A stretch of DNA of 64,000 nt from Candidatus Woesearchaeota archaeon (GCA_964596705.1 CAZQVG010000001.1:14969-78968), one strand, 5' to 3'. Positions 28,913 to 39,990 are shown, counted from the first letter of the stretch. The notes: generated from the letters alone by a model not told the origin. Numbers and translations are program-made.

Positions 28913-30489
28913 ACTGATCTTGCCCTCTCTAAATAATCTTTTAGATTGACAGTTATTATAGATTCGTCATCATCCTTTAAGTCAAGTATTTCTTTTAAAG
29001 CTTCTCCTATAATTGGAACATATTTCTCAAGATAAGAACGTTTTTTTGCCTCTTCTTTTGATTTTCTTTGTTTTTTGACATACTTTCCAAGTTGTCTACC
29101 GCATTCTTGGACAGCAAGTTTTATTTCTTTGATTATCTCTGGATAGTGTGCAATTGCTTCTTTTGATTCTGAAGTAAAAGGTACCCATACAGAAGCTATA
29201 TGAACAACAATAACAACTGGTCCAACCGGAATATTTTTTCCGGATTGTTGTAAACCATATTGTTTCCATTTTGTTTCGGTAATTGCTTTTGTTGATCCGC
29301 AAGCAGATTGTTGATATTGCAATGGAACACGATTTGCAAATCTAATTATTTCTGCAGCCTTATCTGCTTGTAAAGATCCTCCATATGCAATAGCAGCTTC
29401 TACTATAAACGGGTTCCCTCGATAAACTGCAGCAGGACGGGTTACTGCAGTATAAAATTCAGCATCAAATTCTTTTTCTAAGCTTTTTCTTAGTAAATCT
29501 TGTCCTATTGGTGAAAGACAGTCTGTTGGAGGAGCTACAAATTTTGTTTTCCTAATTGCTTGAAGCAAATTATCTGCTTCTTGTTTTGCAATCCTTGAAG
29601 GTCTTGCATTTGGATAAAGATTTGCCAACCCACAAATCTTCTTAGCTGTTCCTGCTCCAATTCTTGAAAAATCTGAGGTTAAGAAAGATTGTAAAGTTCT
29701 TGCTTTTGTAGATTTAAGCATATTTATTAATGTTCCAAGTTCTATCCCATCTGGATGAGGCTTTATTTCTTTTGGTTTAGCTGGGAGTATATTTGTTGCC
29801 CGTGGATACTCAGTTCTTGTACCGTCTGGTTCGATTAAAATTAATTTTGCATGAGGATTAGCAACAGCAGTATACTTCATATACTCTGAAACAGATCTTT
29901 TTCCTCTCTGATATTTTCCTTCCATTTCCATCTCAACTTTAGTTCCATGTTCCTTTTCCCATTCGATCTCAATCTCTTTTGTAATCTCTGGTTCATTCTT
30001 AAAAGTGTCAAGGTGTAATTCGTAATAATATGCAGGTTTATTTTTGGATATTTTAGAGGTTATCTTAATTGGTTTTCCTGTTGTTAGTTGAGAATATAAT
30101 GCTGCAGCAGAAATTCCAATTCCTTGTTGACCCCTTGTTTGTGAAAGTTTGTGAAATTTAGAACCATACAGAAGTTTCCCAAAGATTTTTGGAACTTGTT
30201 GTTTTACAATTCCGGGACCATTATCTTCAATTACTACTTTATAACGTTCTGGTGTTGTTTGAGTTATCTCTACTTTTATTTCGGGTAATATGTTTGATTC
30301 TTCGCAAGCATCTAATGAGTTATCAACTGCTTCTTTTATTGTAGTAGATAAAGCTTTTAATGGATTATCGAAACCCAAAAGATGTCGATTTTTTGTAAAA
30401 AATTCAGAGATAGATATCTCTCTTTGTTTTTTTGCTTGTTCTATTGCATGATTTATTTCTTTTGTGCTTTCAGCGAGTTTTGTTTGCAT
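28909..30489 (-). CDS. top6B: DNA topoisomerase VI subunit B (GHKL ATPase)
   Basis: Bergerat fold motifs ([21 protein letters not shown]). 4-nt overlap with top6A. Confidence 0.9.
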   Translation of the reverse strand: MQTKLAESTKEINHAIEQAKKQREISISEFFTKNRHLLGFDNPLKALSTTIKEAVDNSLDACEESNILPEIKVEITQTTPERYKVVIEDNGPGIVKQQVPKIFGKLLYGSKFHKLSQTRGQQGIGISAAALYSQLTTGKPIKITSKISKNKPAYYYELHLDTFKNEPEITKEIEIEWEKEHGTKVEMEMEGKYQRGKRSVSEYMKYTAVANPHAKLILIEPDGTRTEYPRATNILPAKPKEIKPHPDGIELGTLINMLKSTKARTLQSFLTSDFSRIGAGTAKKICGLANLYPNARPSRIAKQEADNLLQAIRKTKFVAPPTDCLSPIGQDLLRKSLEKEFDAEFYTAVTRPAAVYRGNPFIVEAAIAYGGSLQADKAAEIIRFANRVPLQYQQSACGSTKAITETKWKQYGLQQSGKNIPVGPVVIVVHIASVWVPFTSESKEAIAHYPEIIKEIKLAVQECGRQLGKYVKKQRKSKEEAKKRSYLEKYVPIIGEALKEILDLKDDDESIITVNLKDYLERARSV

Positions 30490-30531
30490 AACAATGAAGA
30501 ATTTAATGTGGGGTTTATAAATATTTTGTAG

Positions 30532-30948
30532 CTAAACTAATAGTGTCAAGTACATTATGGTTATTCCGAATAATATTCCCACAAACACTTGGAGAAGAGT
30601 ATGGCCTTCTCTCATTAAATGTTCTTTTTTCGAATCTTTTGGATCTAACTTCTCCAATATTTTCTTTTGTTTTCCAACTTCTAACCTAATGCCACATGCA
30701 TCTCTTATCACCACAAAGCTAAAAGCTAGGGTTACTAAAGTTAACATACTGTACAGCCCTTCTTGAAGTATTATTGCTGTGCTAAGTGCTGAAACAAATG
30801 ATGAATGTGAAGATGGCATTCCTCCATCAAGGAAAAAATAAGATAATCGAAAATCTTTTGTTTTGATCGTTTCAGTAGTTAATTTAATTAGTTGAGGTAA
30901 AAGTGCCGATAGTATTAAGCCAAGTATTATCTTATAATATGTGTCCAT
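30532..30948 (-). CDS. divergent PAP2-family membrane protein (DUF212)
   Basis: GGMPSSHSSFV motif characteristic of the divergent PAP2 family; 4 TM. Confidence 0.55.
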   Translation of the reverse strand: MDTYYKIILGLILSALLPQLIKLTTETIKTKDFRLSYFFLDGGMPSSHSSFVSALSTAIILQEGLYSMLTLVTLAFSFVVIRDACGIRLEVGKQKKILEKLDPKDSKKEHLMREGHTLLQVFVGILFGITIMYLTLLV

Positions 30949-30970
30949 AAAAATATTTAATTTTTTTTAT

Positions 30971-31507
30971 TTAAAAAAGTTCCTCTAATTCAAGTTGTTT
31001 TTTTATCCAAATATATGCATGACTATGGGGTGCACCATTTAATATTATTTCTGCCCCCCTTCTTGCAAGATATACGTCTTGTTGTTTTCCAATAATTGCA
31101 ACAGTTTTTCCATATACTCTGATATCTGTGTTTGTCATTTTTTCAAGTGTTCTTCTAGCTTTTCCTCTTGTTCCAATAATTCTAGATTTTAGTCTTTCTT
31201 CAGATTTCTTTGATTTTCCTGAGAAATCTTTAATATTAATCATATCCAATATCAATTCATCGTTTAATAATTTTAATGCTATCTTCGGAGTGAAACCACG
31301 GCCAATTGCTTTTATTATGTTTTTTGTAATTATTACTTTAAAAGAATCTTCACCATTGATTATTACGTCTCCTTCATGAGAATTTACAGTGATCTTTGTG
31401 TTTGTTTTTGATTGAATCTCTCTTTTTGTAGAGCCTTTTTCTCCAATTAAGATAGCAATTCTTTCTTTAGGGATTTTAACTTCTTCTTGCATTTTAGAAT
31501 TCTTCAA
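30971..31507 (-). CDS. KH-domain RNA-binding protein (archaeal Dim2/Pno1-like)
   Basis: Two KH modules ([13 protein letters not shown] / [14 protein letters not shown]). Conserved neighbourhood with aIF1A. Confidence 0.65.
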   Translation of the reverse strand: MKNSKMQEEVKIPKERIAILIGEKGSTKREIQSKTNTKITVNSHEGDVIINGEDSFKVIITKNIIKAIGRGFTPKIALKLLNDELILDMINIKDFSGKSKKSEERLKSRIIGTRGKARRTLEKMTNTDIRVYGKTVAIIGKQQDVYLARRGAEIILNGAPHSHAYIWIKKQLELEELF

Positions 31508-31826
31508 ATTCGGATAATTGTTTTAAATATCCTTTTTGTTTTAGCCACTGAACTTGAGTTTTATTATATTTCCAAACTATGTCTGCTTTTTCATCTCCAC
31601 CAAATTCCCAAGGTTGAAGTAGAACTACATCTCCTGGTCTAACCCACAAAGATTTTTTTAGTCTTCCAGGAATCCTAGCTAGCCTTGTTTTTCCATCTAG
31701 GCAAGCTACATGCATTCTTGAACCACCAAGTCTTTCAGTTACAGTACCAAGTACCTCATTTCCTCTTGGAGTCCTAACTCTAATTAATTGTTCTCCTTCC
31801 CTGTTTTGATCATTTTTTTGAGACAT
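31494..31826 (-). CDS. eif1A: translation initiation factor 1A (aIF-1A)
   Basis: S1-like OB core ([13 protein letters not shown]...[30 protein letters not shown]). Confidence 0.85.
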   Translation of the reverse strand: MSQKNDQNREGEQLIRVRTPRGNEVLGTVTERLGGSRMHVACLDGKTRLARIPGRLKKSLWVRPGDVVLLQPWEFGGDEKADIVWKYNKTQVQWLKQKGYLKQLSEFEEF

Positions 31827-31872
31827 TTTGTTTAATTTATTGAGAATTAGTTGTTTTATAAAGGTTTTGGAG

Positions 31873-32178
31873 TCATTCTTTTAATCTCAACAGTACTGTT
31901 AATCTGTGGATCCTTTTTCCGGCTTGTTTGTTCTCACCAACTAAAGATCTACTGACTTTTGTCTCCCCATTAAATCTCTTTTTGAATTTTTTACAGAGTT
32001 GAAATGCTGGTTGGGAAGCGCTTACAAGAATATCTGTGCCTTCTTTAAGCTTAAATTCTTCAGTTATTTCAACAACATCTTTTGCCAACTCATGTTTAAC
32101 AAACTTATATACCTTAGGATTACTAGGCCGTATCTGAATTTTTGCAGCATAAGGTTTAGTTGGTTTGTAGGCTTTCAT
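31873..32178 (-). CDS. hypothetical small basic protein
   Basis: 101-aa Lys-rich ORF in the translation-factor cluster. No family recognised by eye. Confidence 0.3.
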   Translation of the reverse strand: MKAYKPTKPYAAKIQIRPSNPKVYKFVKHELAKDVVEITEEFKLKEGTDILVSASQPAFQLCKKFKKRFNGETKVSRSLVGENKQAGKRIHRLTVLLRLKE

Positions 32179-32468
32179 ATTATCTGATAAACTTGTGCAT
32201 GTGGAATTTTTTGAATTGTAATTATATTTTCCTTAGATATAAGCTCGTTTTTTAATGCCAAATTTATTGCTCTCTCCCCAACTATGTTGAGGTTTATGGC
32301 ATCTTTCATTATTTCGTAAGCTTCTTCATCTGAGAGTTGGTCTCCTTTGTAAAACCTTTCTGTAACTTGTAAGGTTAATTCTCCTTCAGAAAAAGTTTTT
32401 CCTATTAATTCTTCATCACAAACTGCAACTACATGCCTGTCTTCCGATTTGTGAATTTTTACATACAT
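32175..32468 (-). CDS. DUF424-family archaeal protein
   Basis: M.VK.HK...HVVAVCDEELIGK.F.EGEL.L.V.E.FY.G....EEA..........N.VGE.A..LA fits the archaeal DUF424 pattern. Confidence 0.45.
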   Translation of the reverse strand: MYVKIHKSEDRHVVAVCDEELIGKTFSEGELTLQVTERFYKGDQLSDEEAYEIMKDAINLNIVGERAINLALKNELISKENIITIQKIPHAQVYQII

Positions 32469-32935
32469 TATCCGTGATACCTTAATTTAGATTTTTTTTC
32501 TTTTGTAGGTTCCCAATTAGAGATTATTTTGTTTAAGAATTTTTTTTGCTTTTCTTTGATTTTCGGCCATTCTTTCCAAAATGATTTTATAAATTTAGCA
32601 GATTCTTCATCTGATTCAATCTCGTAGAGTATACATTTTTGATAAAGCAATGCAATCCTCTTGTAAAAATCAAATATTTCCTCTTTTGTTTTTTGGTCCA
32701 ATGAATTAACAATTAACATTGAATAAACTGAACTTGGATTAGGGTTCACAGCAGGATCTAATGCTTCTAAGAAATTCCTTAACCTTCCTGCAATTACACG
32801 AATAATGGCTTTTATGGGTCTTCCAGATCTATTTTCTTCTAGTGCCCTAATTTCAAACTCTTCGTCTAGCTTTGCAAATGACGGAAGCCTATATTTTTTT
32901 ATCAATGCGTTATATTCTTGTTCTATTGTGTCCAT
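32468..32935 (-). CDS. hypothetical protein
   Basis: 155-aa ORF, helical, K-rich C-terminus. 1-nt stop/start junction with neighbours (operon). Confidence 0.35.
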   Translation of the reverse strand: MDTIEQEYNALIKKYRLPSFAKLDEEFEIRALEENRSGRPIKAIIRVIAGRLRNFLEALDPAVNPNPSSVYSMLIVNSLDQKTKEEIFDFYKRIALLYQKCILYEIESDEESAKFIKSFWKEWPKIKEKQKKFLNKIISNWEPTKEKKSKLRYHG

Positions 32936-32936
32936 T

Positions 32937-33347
32937 TTAAACCTTTGATTTTATTGGGTGTTTTGCACCGCATGCTGTACATTTTAACATAAAGACTGGC
33001 CCCTCTTTTATAATTTGGGTATCTGGCTTTCCACATTCTTTACAGATAACAAATTCATTAGCATATTTATTTATCTTTTCATTTATTAATGCAGAGCTCA
33101 TCTTTCTTCCTAAAACCAATCTTTGACCATCAATATTTCCAGGAGTTGCAAGCTCTCTTAATAGATATTTTAGAAGATGTTTTGGATCTCTTCTTAATGT
33201 TGTTGCAATTTGATTGAAATTAGTGATTATTGTTTTATTTCCCTCTATGTGGCCAGTTACTTTAGGGACTTCAAATCTTTCTTTGGTTTGTGTTTTTTTA
33301 GGCAATCTTTCTTGTGCCCTTTCCACTAATTTTTCATAATCCATCAT
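32937..33347 (-). CDS. eif2B: translation initiation factor 2 beta subunit (aIF2-beta)
   Basis: Helical domain plus C-terminal zinc ribbon (CKECGKPDT...LKCTACGA). Confidence 0.8.
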   Translation of the reverse strand: MMDYEKLVERAQERLPKKTQTKERFEVPKVTGHIEGNKTIITNFNQIATTLRRDPKHLLKYLLRELATPGNIDGQRLVLGRKMSSALINEKINKYANEFVICKECGKPDTQIIKEGPVFMLKCTACGAKHPIKSKV

Positions 33348-34039
33348 TCTATTAATTTAACCCTCCCAGGTTTTATTTCAAATATTTCACCTTCCTTTAA
33401 AAGGTCTTGTATCAAGCTTGTAGTAGTTTGTTCTTCAAATCCTGCTTCTTCTACAACAAGATTAATTTCTACTCCATCTCCATTATCGTTCTTCTCTATT
33501 AGATTTAAAAGCTTTTGCCTTTTTGATTGAGAAGCAACATCTTCTACCACTTCCTCTTCTATTAGTTCAGGTTGATCCTCTTGAATAGTTTGCGGGGTTT
33601 CTACAATTGGTTTCTCATGTTGTGTTCTTTCCCCATATTCAGAAATAAGTTCTAGTTTCCTAAGAGTTATCCACTCAGGCTTATCTAGTTTTTTTACTAT
33701 TTCTGGAACCAGATAAATATTATTATTATATTGCCTTACTCTTGATACTGTTAAAATCATATCTCCAATGTTCACCTCTTTAAGTAGTATAGCGTCTTCA
33801 TTCCATGCTTTTATTTGGATGTTCTCTGACCCATCATCTATTGTTAATGAAATGTAAGTAGAATCTTCATTTTGATATTTAGAGATTACATTAGCGATTA
33901 TATTTACTCTAGATACTTTTTTATCTTTTATTTTAATATAACTTGGCTCCCATTCACCAGAAGGGGTTATATATTCTCCATTTACTAAGTCTGCAATCCA
34001 AACTTTGTATGCTGTCTGTCTTATTTGTGATTCTGCCAT
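33344..34039 (-). CDS. RPA32/RPA2-like OB-fold protein with C-terminal winged helix
   Basis: OB-fold pattern (VNIIANVISKYQNEDSTYISLTIDDGSENIQIKAWNED...GDMILTVSRVRQYNNNIYL), acidic linker, then a wH-like C-terminus (LLNLIEKNDNGDGVEINLVVE...LIQDLLKEGEIFEIKPGRVKLIE). Confidence 0.5.
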   Translation of the reverse strand: MAESQIRQTAYKVWIADLVNGEYITPSGEWEPSYIKIKDKKVSRVNIIANVISKYQNEDSTYISLTIDDGSENIQIKAWNEDAILLKEVNIGDMILTVSRVRQYNNNIYLVPEIVKKLDKPEWITLRKLELISEYGERTQHEKPIVETPQTIQEDQPELIEEEVVEDVASQSKRQKLLNLIEKNDNGDGVEINLVVEEAGFEEQTTTSLIQDLLKEGEIFEIKPGRVKLIE

Positions 34040-34041
34040 TT

Positions 34042-36069
34042 TTATATCCTCTGTATATATCCTCGCTTTGGCTCAAAGATATCTCCTCCCCTTTTTAACT
34101 TTTCGATTATTTCTTCTACTTTATCCTCAGTTATACCTTTTTCCATTGCAGAAGCCATGATTTCTTCAACAGGAATACTTTTTCCTTTCTCCGCTTCAAG
34201 TTTTATTATAATTTCTTTTACGGTAAGGATTTTGCTCCTTTCAGAAGAGGGCATTGACGTAGAGAATCTATCAATATCAATTTGCCCTGTTTCTTGATCC
34301 ATACCTATTTGAGTTAAACAGTATTTTGTTAATCCTATTGCCAGTTTCGCGTCCTCCCGAGTAACTTTATTGGACAATCTAAGTTTAGCAGAAGCTTCTG
34401 AAAGCCTTATTATTGCTTCAAGTTGCCTTGCAGAGATTGGAATCGGTCTTACTGAAGCATCATCGCCAGATTGTACACTATTTCTTAAATTCACATAGAA
34501 ATCTTGTATTTCTTTTGCTGCTGCTTCGGTCATTTTGGGTTTTATATTTTTTCTTGCATATGCAATATATTTTTTCATCAAATCTGAATCCATTGGAGCC
34601 TCTATTGAGCCTTCAGATTGATATAGTTTCAGTATATGTCCTGCTATTTTCTCGTCTATCTCTTTGTTAGGAATATCTCGTATTGGGAAAATTAAGTCAA
34701 ATCTATTAATAAGTGAAGGAGGAAGGTCTATCTGTGCGGGAATTGGAGTATAAGGATCAAATCTACTATATTTTGGATTTGCAGCAGCTAAAACAGTAGT
34801 TTCAGATCTTAGGGTTGCTTGAATATTTGCCTTAGAAATTGTGATTGTTTGCTGCTCTAAAGCTTCATGTAATGCACTCCTATCTTCTGGGGTCATTTTA
34901 TCTAACTCATCTATTGCACAAATACCTCCGTTTGCAAGAACCATCGCACCTGCTTCTAGTGACCAACCTTTCAAAACTTCATCTTTAACTACAGTAGCAG
35001 TTAATCCTGCACCAGATGCTCCTTTACCGCTGATAAATCTTGCTTTAGGCGCAGCTTTTGCAATGAATTGAAGTAATTGAGATTTACCTGCACCCGGGTC
35101 CCCTACAAGAAGTATATGAATATCTCCCCTTCTTTTTACTCCATCTGGCATTACCTTTCTTGTTCCCCCAAGAAGTTGAAGAAGTAATGAAGCTTTAATT
35201 TCTCTATACCCATATATTGATGGTGCAATTGCATTTGTTAATTTTTTAAATAGATCTTTATCTTTTGATAGTTCTTTTATTTTTTCTAGATCTTCTTCAG
35301 AGATATCTATTTCCTCAAATGTTTCTTCAATCTGTTCTATATTATTTGCCTCTAAAGCAAGTTCAAACATTCTAGAATGTGCTCCTGTTCTCAATAGGAT
35401 TGGTACTTCTTTTAGGATCCCGATAACTCGCACTCTTGTACCAGGAGTTGTTTTTTTCTCCATGCGAGGTTCAACTAAATCATCTTGTAAGAATATCTGA
35501 AGCCTTTTAGGTTGTGAACCCCCTTCTAATGTTTCAGGAGATTCTTCTAAAACTATCCTTTGAGCATCTACCATATCTTTTTTAACTAATCTAAAATGTC
35601 CTTTTCGTCCACAACTACATCGCGTAGGTTCTTTAAACGCCTGATCTACCTGCAAAACAGATAGAAGATTCCCACATGTAGGGCATTCAAATTTTGCAGA
35701 AACTACTTGAGGCCTTACATCAGAAGCTTGTCTTACTATTCCTTCAATAACAATTAAACTATCTAGATCTATACTTCTTATATTTCTAATCTCCCTCTTT
35801 TGTGAAGTAGGAATGTTTGTAAAACGTATGTGGAAATTTTTTTTGCCAGGAAGCTCTAATTGATCTATTGCTAATTCTGCGTTTTGTAAGGATTCAGCAG
35901 GTTCATTCAAAAATTGTTCTGATAATTCAACATCAAATTTAGACAATTCCAAGAAATCAATTATTAATGACTTTTTGCCTTTTTTTAAAACGTCATGGAT
36001 CTCTTTAGTATAAACTGTTTCTAAAAATTCTTTAAATCGCTCTATTTGTGTTATTGCGTCCTTTGGCAA
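34042..36069 (-). CDS. mcm: MCM replicative helicase
   Basis: Zn finger CPTCG...CSCGR, Walker A GDPGAGKSQ, Walker B IDELDKM, arginine finger SRFDL. No intein. Confidence 0.9.
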   Translation of the reverse strand: MPKDAITQIERFKEFLETVYTKEIHDVLKKGKKSLIIDFLELSKFDVELSEQFLNEPAESLQNAELAIDQLELPGKKNFHIRFTNIPTSQKREIRNIRSIDLDSLIVIEGIVRQASDVRPQVVSAKFECPTCGNLLSVLQVDQAFKEPTRCSCGRKGHFRLVKKDMVDAQRIVLEESPETLEGGSQPKRLQIFLQDDLVEPRMEKKTTPGTRVRVIGILKEVPILLRTGAHSRMFELALEANNIEQIEETFEEIDISEEDLEKIKELSKDKDLFKKLTNAIAPSIYGYREIKASLLLQLLGGTRKVMPDGVKRRGDIHILLVGDPGAGKSQLLQFIAKAAPKARFISGKGASGAGLTATVVKDEVLKGWSLEAGAMVLANGGICAIDELDKMTPEDRSALHEALEQQTITISKANIQATLRSETTVLAAANPKYSRFDPYTPIPAQIDLPPSLINRFDLIFPIRDIPNKEIDEKIAGHILKLYQSEGSIEAPMDSDLMKKYIAYARKNIKPKMTEAAAKEIQDFYVNLRNSVQSGDDASVRPIPISARQLEAIIRLSEASAKLRLSNKVTREDAKLAIGLTKYCLTQIGMDQETGQIDIDRFSTSMPSSERSKILTVKEIIIKLEAEKGKSIPVEEIMASAMEKGITEDKVEEIIEKLKRGGDIFEPKRGYIQRI

Positions 36070-36102
36070 ATTCTGTACCCCCTAAAAAGGAAAGGGAAGG
36101 TA

Positions 36103-36642
36103 TTATTTTAATTTTTTCAAATTAGAAACTAACTTATTGATCGCTTCCTTTAATGCAGTTTCTGATTTTGTCCCTGTACAAACTATCTTTCCATTGCTAA
36201 ATAACAAGAATGTAGCCCTTGTTCCAGGTAATTTGTATACAAGCCCTGGGAATTGCTCGGGTTCATATTCTGAGTTCTCTAGTTTCATTGCTAATTCATT
36301 TAAGTTTAAGTCCATACCTATATCTCCTGAAGCAACCATGTTTTGAACAGTTATTTTAGGTTTAATTGTAATCTTAACTCCGATTTTAGCAACTGCTTTG
36401 ATTATTTCATTTATTGATTCTCTAACTTTAGTCATGGATCTTGCTCCAGTACAAACAACTTTTCCAGAGCTAAATATTAAAGCAGAAGTTTTTGGTTCCC
36501 TTATTCTCATGACAAGGCCGGGAAATTGTTCTGGATTATATTCAGTGTTAGAAAGAGTTTCTGCAAGTTTTATCAAATGTATGTCATGTTCTAAAGAAGT
36601 GGAACAAACAATATTAACTATTTTAACAGTTTTTTTTGCCAT
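36103..36642 (-). CDS. tbp: TATA-box binding protein TBP
   Basis: Two direct TBP repeats (VKIVNIVCSTSL...PGLVMRI / ITVQNMVASGDIG...PGLVYKL). Start taken at MAKKTVKI. Confidence 0.9.
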   Translation of the reverse strand: MAKKTVKIVNIVCSTSLEHDIHLIKLAETLSNTEYNPEQFPGLVMRIREPKTSALIFSSGKVVCTGARSMTKVRESINEIIKAVAKIGVKITIKPKITVQNMVASGDIGMDLNLNELAMKLENSEYEPEQFPGLVYKLPGTRATFLLFSNGKIVCTGTKSETALKEAINKLVSNLKKLK

Positions 36643-36727
36643 CATAAATTCCTCCCACAAAATTAATGTTTATATATAGAGTAATGGAAAAATATATAAA
36701 GGTTTATAAATAAATCGTCATTATTAA

Positions 36728-39700
36728 TTAGGAGTTAATTTCGAGGAATATCTTGAATTCTTTTCCTTTTATTTTGAAATTTTCCTTAATTGTATAGTCT
36801 TTTTCTGAATCATATAAATCTGTTGCGCCAACTTTAGTAAGAATTGTATCTTTCCATTTCTCAAGGTTTATGTCTGAAACGATTGCAAGATTTATCTTAT
36901 CTTGTTTTCTTAATTTTTGTTCTTTTCTTATGTCTTGCACACGCCTTATTAATTCTCTAACAAAACCCTCTTCTTCTAATTCCGGAGTTAATTCTGTTTC
37001 TAGGATTACTTTTCCTTGAGGGAATTCTGCAGCGATTAAATTTTCAGGTAAATGTTCTTTAACAATTATGTGTTTATTTGTTAAAATGAAATTTTCAATA
37101 TTCAATGAGCCTTTCTCATAAATTTCTTTTAATTCTTGATCGTTTAAGTGTTTAAGTATGGTTACAGAGTCTTGTTTGAAATCTTTTCCTATCTGAGATC
37201 TGTTTGGTGTTATTTCTATCTCTGCATCTTTTAGTTCTCTTTCATAAGTTATGTTTTTTATGTTTAGTTTTGATTTTATTGTTTCATTTAAAGATTCTAT
37301 TGCTTGTTTTACTGTTGGATTTCTTGAAACTACCTTAATTTCTTTTAATGGCCACCTAACTCCAAGATTTGTCTTTTCTCTAGCTGCCAATCCAGATTGT
37401 ATTATTTGTTCTGCAATATTAACTTCTTCTTCTAACTCTGGATTAATAAATGATTCATCATAATTTGGCCAATCATAAAAAGAGATTGAGTCATGTTCTA
37501 ATTCAAACTCTTCTTTTAAGCCCAAGAATATCTTTTCTGTGATGAAGGGACATATTGTTGAAAACATCTTAGTTAGCTCAAACAACACCTTGTAGATTGT
37601 AGAAAGTACAAGTTTTGGTTTTTCGTGGATCTTATCTCTTGTATATTGAATATATTTTCTGCTTAAATCTAAAAATAATCTCTCTAGTTCAGTAGGAACC
37701 TTATTAATCTCATAGAACTCGTATAGTTCTGTAACCTTCTTTATTGTACGGTTTAATCTGGATAAGATGTATTTTTCATCTATTTCAAGTTCTTCATAAG
37801 GTATTTCTCTAGGATCTATGTTAAATGCTTTTGAATATTCTATTAAGTAATTGTAGATGTTCCAAAGAATCATTAAACTTTTATGTTTAACTTCTACCTC
37901 TTTCCAACTAAAGTTTATATCTTCTCCTGCATTAGTTTGACACATATAAAATCTTAAAGTGTCTGCACCATATCTGTCTACAATCTCATAAGGAGAGATT
38001 ACATTTCCTAAAGATTTAGACATCTTTACCCCATCTACATCAGTTAACATTCCATGAGAATATACGTTTTTGAATGGGATTTTATCAAAAGCAATTATTG
38101 AAGCAACCATTAATAGATTAAACCAGCCTCGCACCTGTTCTTTAGCTTCTGCTATGAAATCTGCAGGGAATAGTTTTTCAAAGATATCTTTCCTTTTAGG
38201 ATAATACAAACAGGCCCAGGAAGCAACACCTGCATCAATCCAAACATCTAAGATATCCGGGATTCTCTCTTTTTTTGCACCACACTTACAATCGATTGTT
38301 ATTTCATCTATCCAAGGACGATGTAAATTCTCTGGAGTTTTACCTGCTAGCTTGGATAATTCGTCTTTTGAGGCAACTACCGTATAATCTCCACAATTCT
38401 TACATCTCCAAATTGGTGCCGGAGTTCCCCAGAATCTTTGTTTGGTTATTGAATTATCTCTTAAGTTTTCTAACCAGGAATCAAAAGAATTTTTTACAGA
38501 CTCAGGAACCCAATGTATCTTGCTATTGTAAGCAAGCATTTTTTCCTTTAAATCCTCTACCTTAAAGAACCATTGTTTTGTTGTTCTGAAGACCACAGGA
38601 GTTTTACACCTTTCGCAATGAGCATAATCATGAGTAACCCTCTCTATGGCAATTAGGTTTCCCCTTTTATCTAGTTCATCTATGAAAAATCTATCATCCA
38701 CTTTAGCCTTTTTTTCAGAAAATATTCCAAGATCCTCTGGGAAGATTCCTTCATGATTTATTTTATTATATGGTGGAATATTATTCGCATGACCAACTTC
38801 ATAATCTTCTGGACCGCAACCTGGGGCACAATGTACTAAACCAGTACCTGCTGCAAGAGTTACATATTCTTTAGATAAAACAACTGTGTGAACGTTTGGA
38901 TGTGCCTTCTTTAATTTTTCATAATCTTTGATTTCATCTGCAAACGGATGCTCATATTCTAAATGTTCTAACTCAGAACCTTTAATCTCTTCTAATATTT
39001 CATAATCTTTATCTAAAACGTGCTTTACTAAATGATCTATCAAATCCTTTGCGATTATCCAAATTTCATTATCCACTCTTGCTCTAACATAAGTTATATC
39101 TGGATTAGCCATTATTGCAAGATTAAATGTTATTGTCCAAGGAGTAGTTGTCCAGATAACTAAATATTCTTTATCTTTATCTTTTACTTTAAATTTAACA
39201 TAGATCGATTCGTCAGTTATTTCTTTGTATTCACATTCATGTTTTGCTAAGGCAGTTGCACAGGTGGGACACCAAGTCATTGTTTTTTCGCCTTCATAAA
39301 GCCTATTTTCTTCATCAGCCCTCTTAATTAACCACCATACGCTTTCAATCCATTCTTCATCGATTGGCATGTAAGCATTTTCATAATCCATCCATATACC
39401 TAACCGAGACAAATCTTCGTTCATAATTTTTGCATGTTTAATAGAGAAATCCATGCATGCTTTAGCAAATTTATCTAAACCGTAACCAATAATCTCTTCT
39501 TTTGTTTTTAGATTTAGTTCTTTTTGAACTTTGGATGCAGTTGGTAATCCATGCATATCATATCCTGCTCTGTCCCAGACATCAAATTTTTTTAGTTGTT
39601 TGTATCTTAAGACTGCATCTTTCAAGGAATTATTCCATGCATGGCCAGTATGAAGTTTTCCAGAAGTATAAGGTGGCCCTTGTAAGAAGTAGAAAGGCTT

Positions 39701-39793
39701 ATTTCCTTTGGTAGATTCTCTTACCTTTTTATAGATATTATTTTTCTTCCAGTATTCAAATATTTCTTCTTCGATTTTATTTTGGTCATGCAT
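36728..39793 (-). CDS. ileS: isoleucyl-tRNA synthetase
   Basis: HIGH block PPYTSGKLHTGHA, GYDMHGLP (IleRS-type), KMSKSLGN, and a CP1 editing region. 1021 aa. Confidence 0.85.
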   Translation of the reverse strand: MHDQNKIEEEIFEYWKKNNIYKKVRESTKGNKPFYFLQGPPYTSGKLHTGHAWNNSLKDAVLRYKQLKKFDVWDRAGYDMHGLPTASKVQKELNLKTKEEIIGYGLDKFAKACMDFSIKHAKIMNEDLSRLGIWMDYENAYMPIDEEWIESVWWLIKRADEENRLYEGEKTMTWCPTCATALAKHECEYKEITDESIYVKFKVKDKDKEYLVIWTTTPWTITFNLAIMANPDITYVRARVDNEIWIIAKDLIDHLVKHVLDKDYEILEEIKGSELEHLEYEHPFADEIKDYEKLKKAHPNVHTVVLSKEYVTLAAGTGLVHCAPGCGPEDYEVGHANNIPPYNKINHEGIFPEDLGIFSEKKAKVDDRFFIDELDKRGNLIAIERVTHDYAHCERCKTPVVFRTTKQWFFKVEDLKEKMLAYNSKIHWVPESVKNSFDSWLENLRDNSITKQRFWGTPAPIWRCKNCGDYTVVASKDELSKLAGKTPENLHRPWIDEITIDCKCGAKKERIPDILDVWIDAGVASWACLYYPKRKDIFEKLFPADFIAEAKEQVRGWFNLLMVASIIAFDKIPFKNVYSHGMLTDVDGVKMSKSLGNVISPYEIVDRYGADTLRFYMCQTNAGEDINFSWKEVEVKHKSLMILWNIYNYLIEYSKAFNIDPREIPYEELEIDEKYILSRLNRTIKKVTELYEFYEINKVPTELERLFLDLSRKYIQYTRDKIHEKPKLVLSTIYKVLFELTKMFSTICPFITEKIFLGLKEEFELEHDSISFYDWPNYDESFINPELEEEVNIAEQIIQSGLAAREKTNLGVRWPLKEIKVVSRNPTVKQAIESLNETIKSKLNIKNITYERELKDAEIEITPNRSQIGKDFKQDSVTILKHLNDQELKEIYEKGSLNIENFILTNKHIIVKEHLPENLIAAEFPQGKVILETELTPELEEEGFVRELIRRVQDIRKEQKLRKQDKINLAIVSDINLEKWKDTILTKVGATDLYDSEKDYTIKENFKIKGKEFKIFLEINS

Positions 39794-39974
39794 TTTCTTG
39801 TTTTGCTGGTTTGTTATATTTTAAATAATTTGCCATTGAGAACCACCCAAAGAGGCATAAATCTGATTATATAATAATAGAAATAGTCCGTATTTGTATT
39901 ATTTTGGACATATATTTGTTGAATAAAAAGATTATATAAAACTTTCTGAATTAGTTTGACAAGCATATACAAAA

Positions 39975-39990
39975 TACTTATAAATCATGT
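39975..39990 (+). promoter_or_regulatory. TATA box for leaderless rfcS
   Basis: CTTATAAATC with the TATA at 39978-39985, 22-29 nt upstream of the ATG at 40007. Divergent from the ileS promoter (TTTAAAATAT near 39815-39830). Confidence 0.45.
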
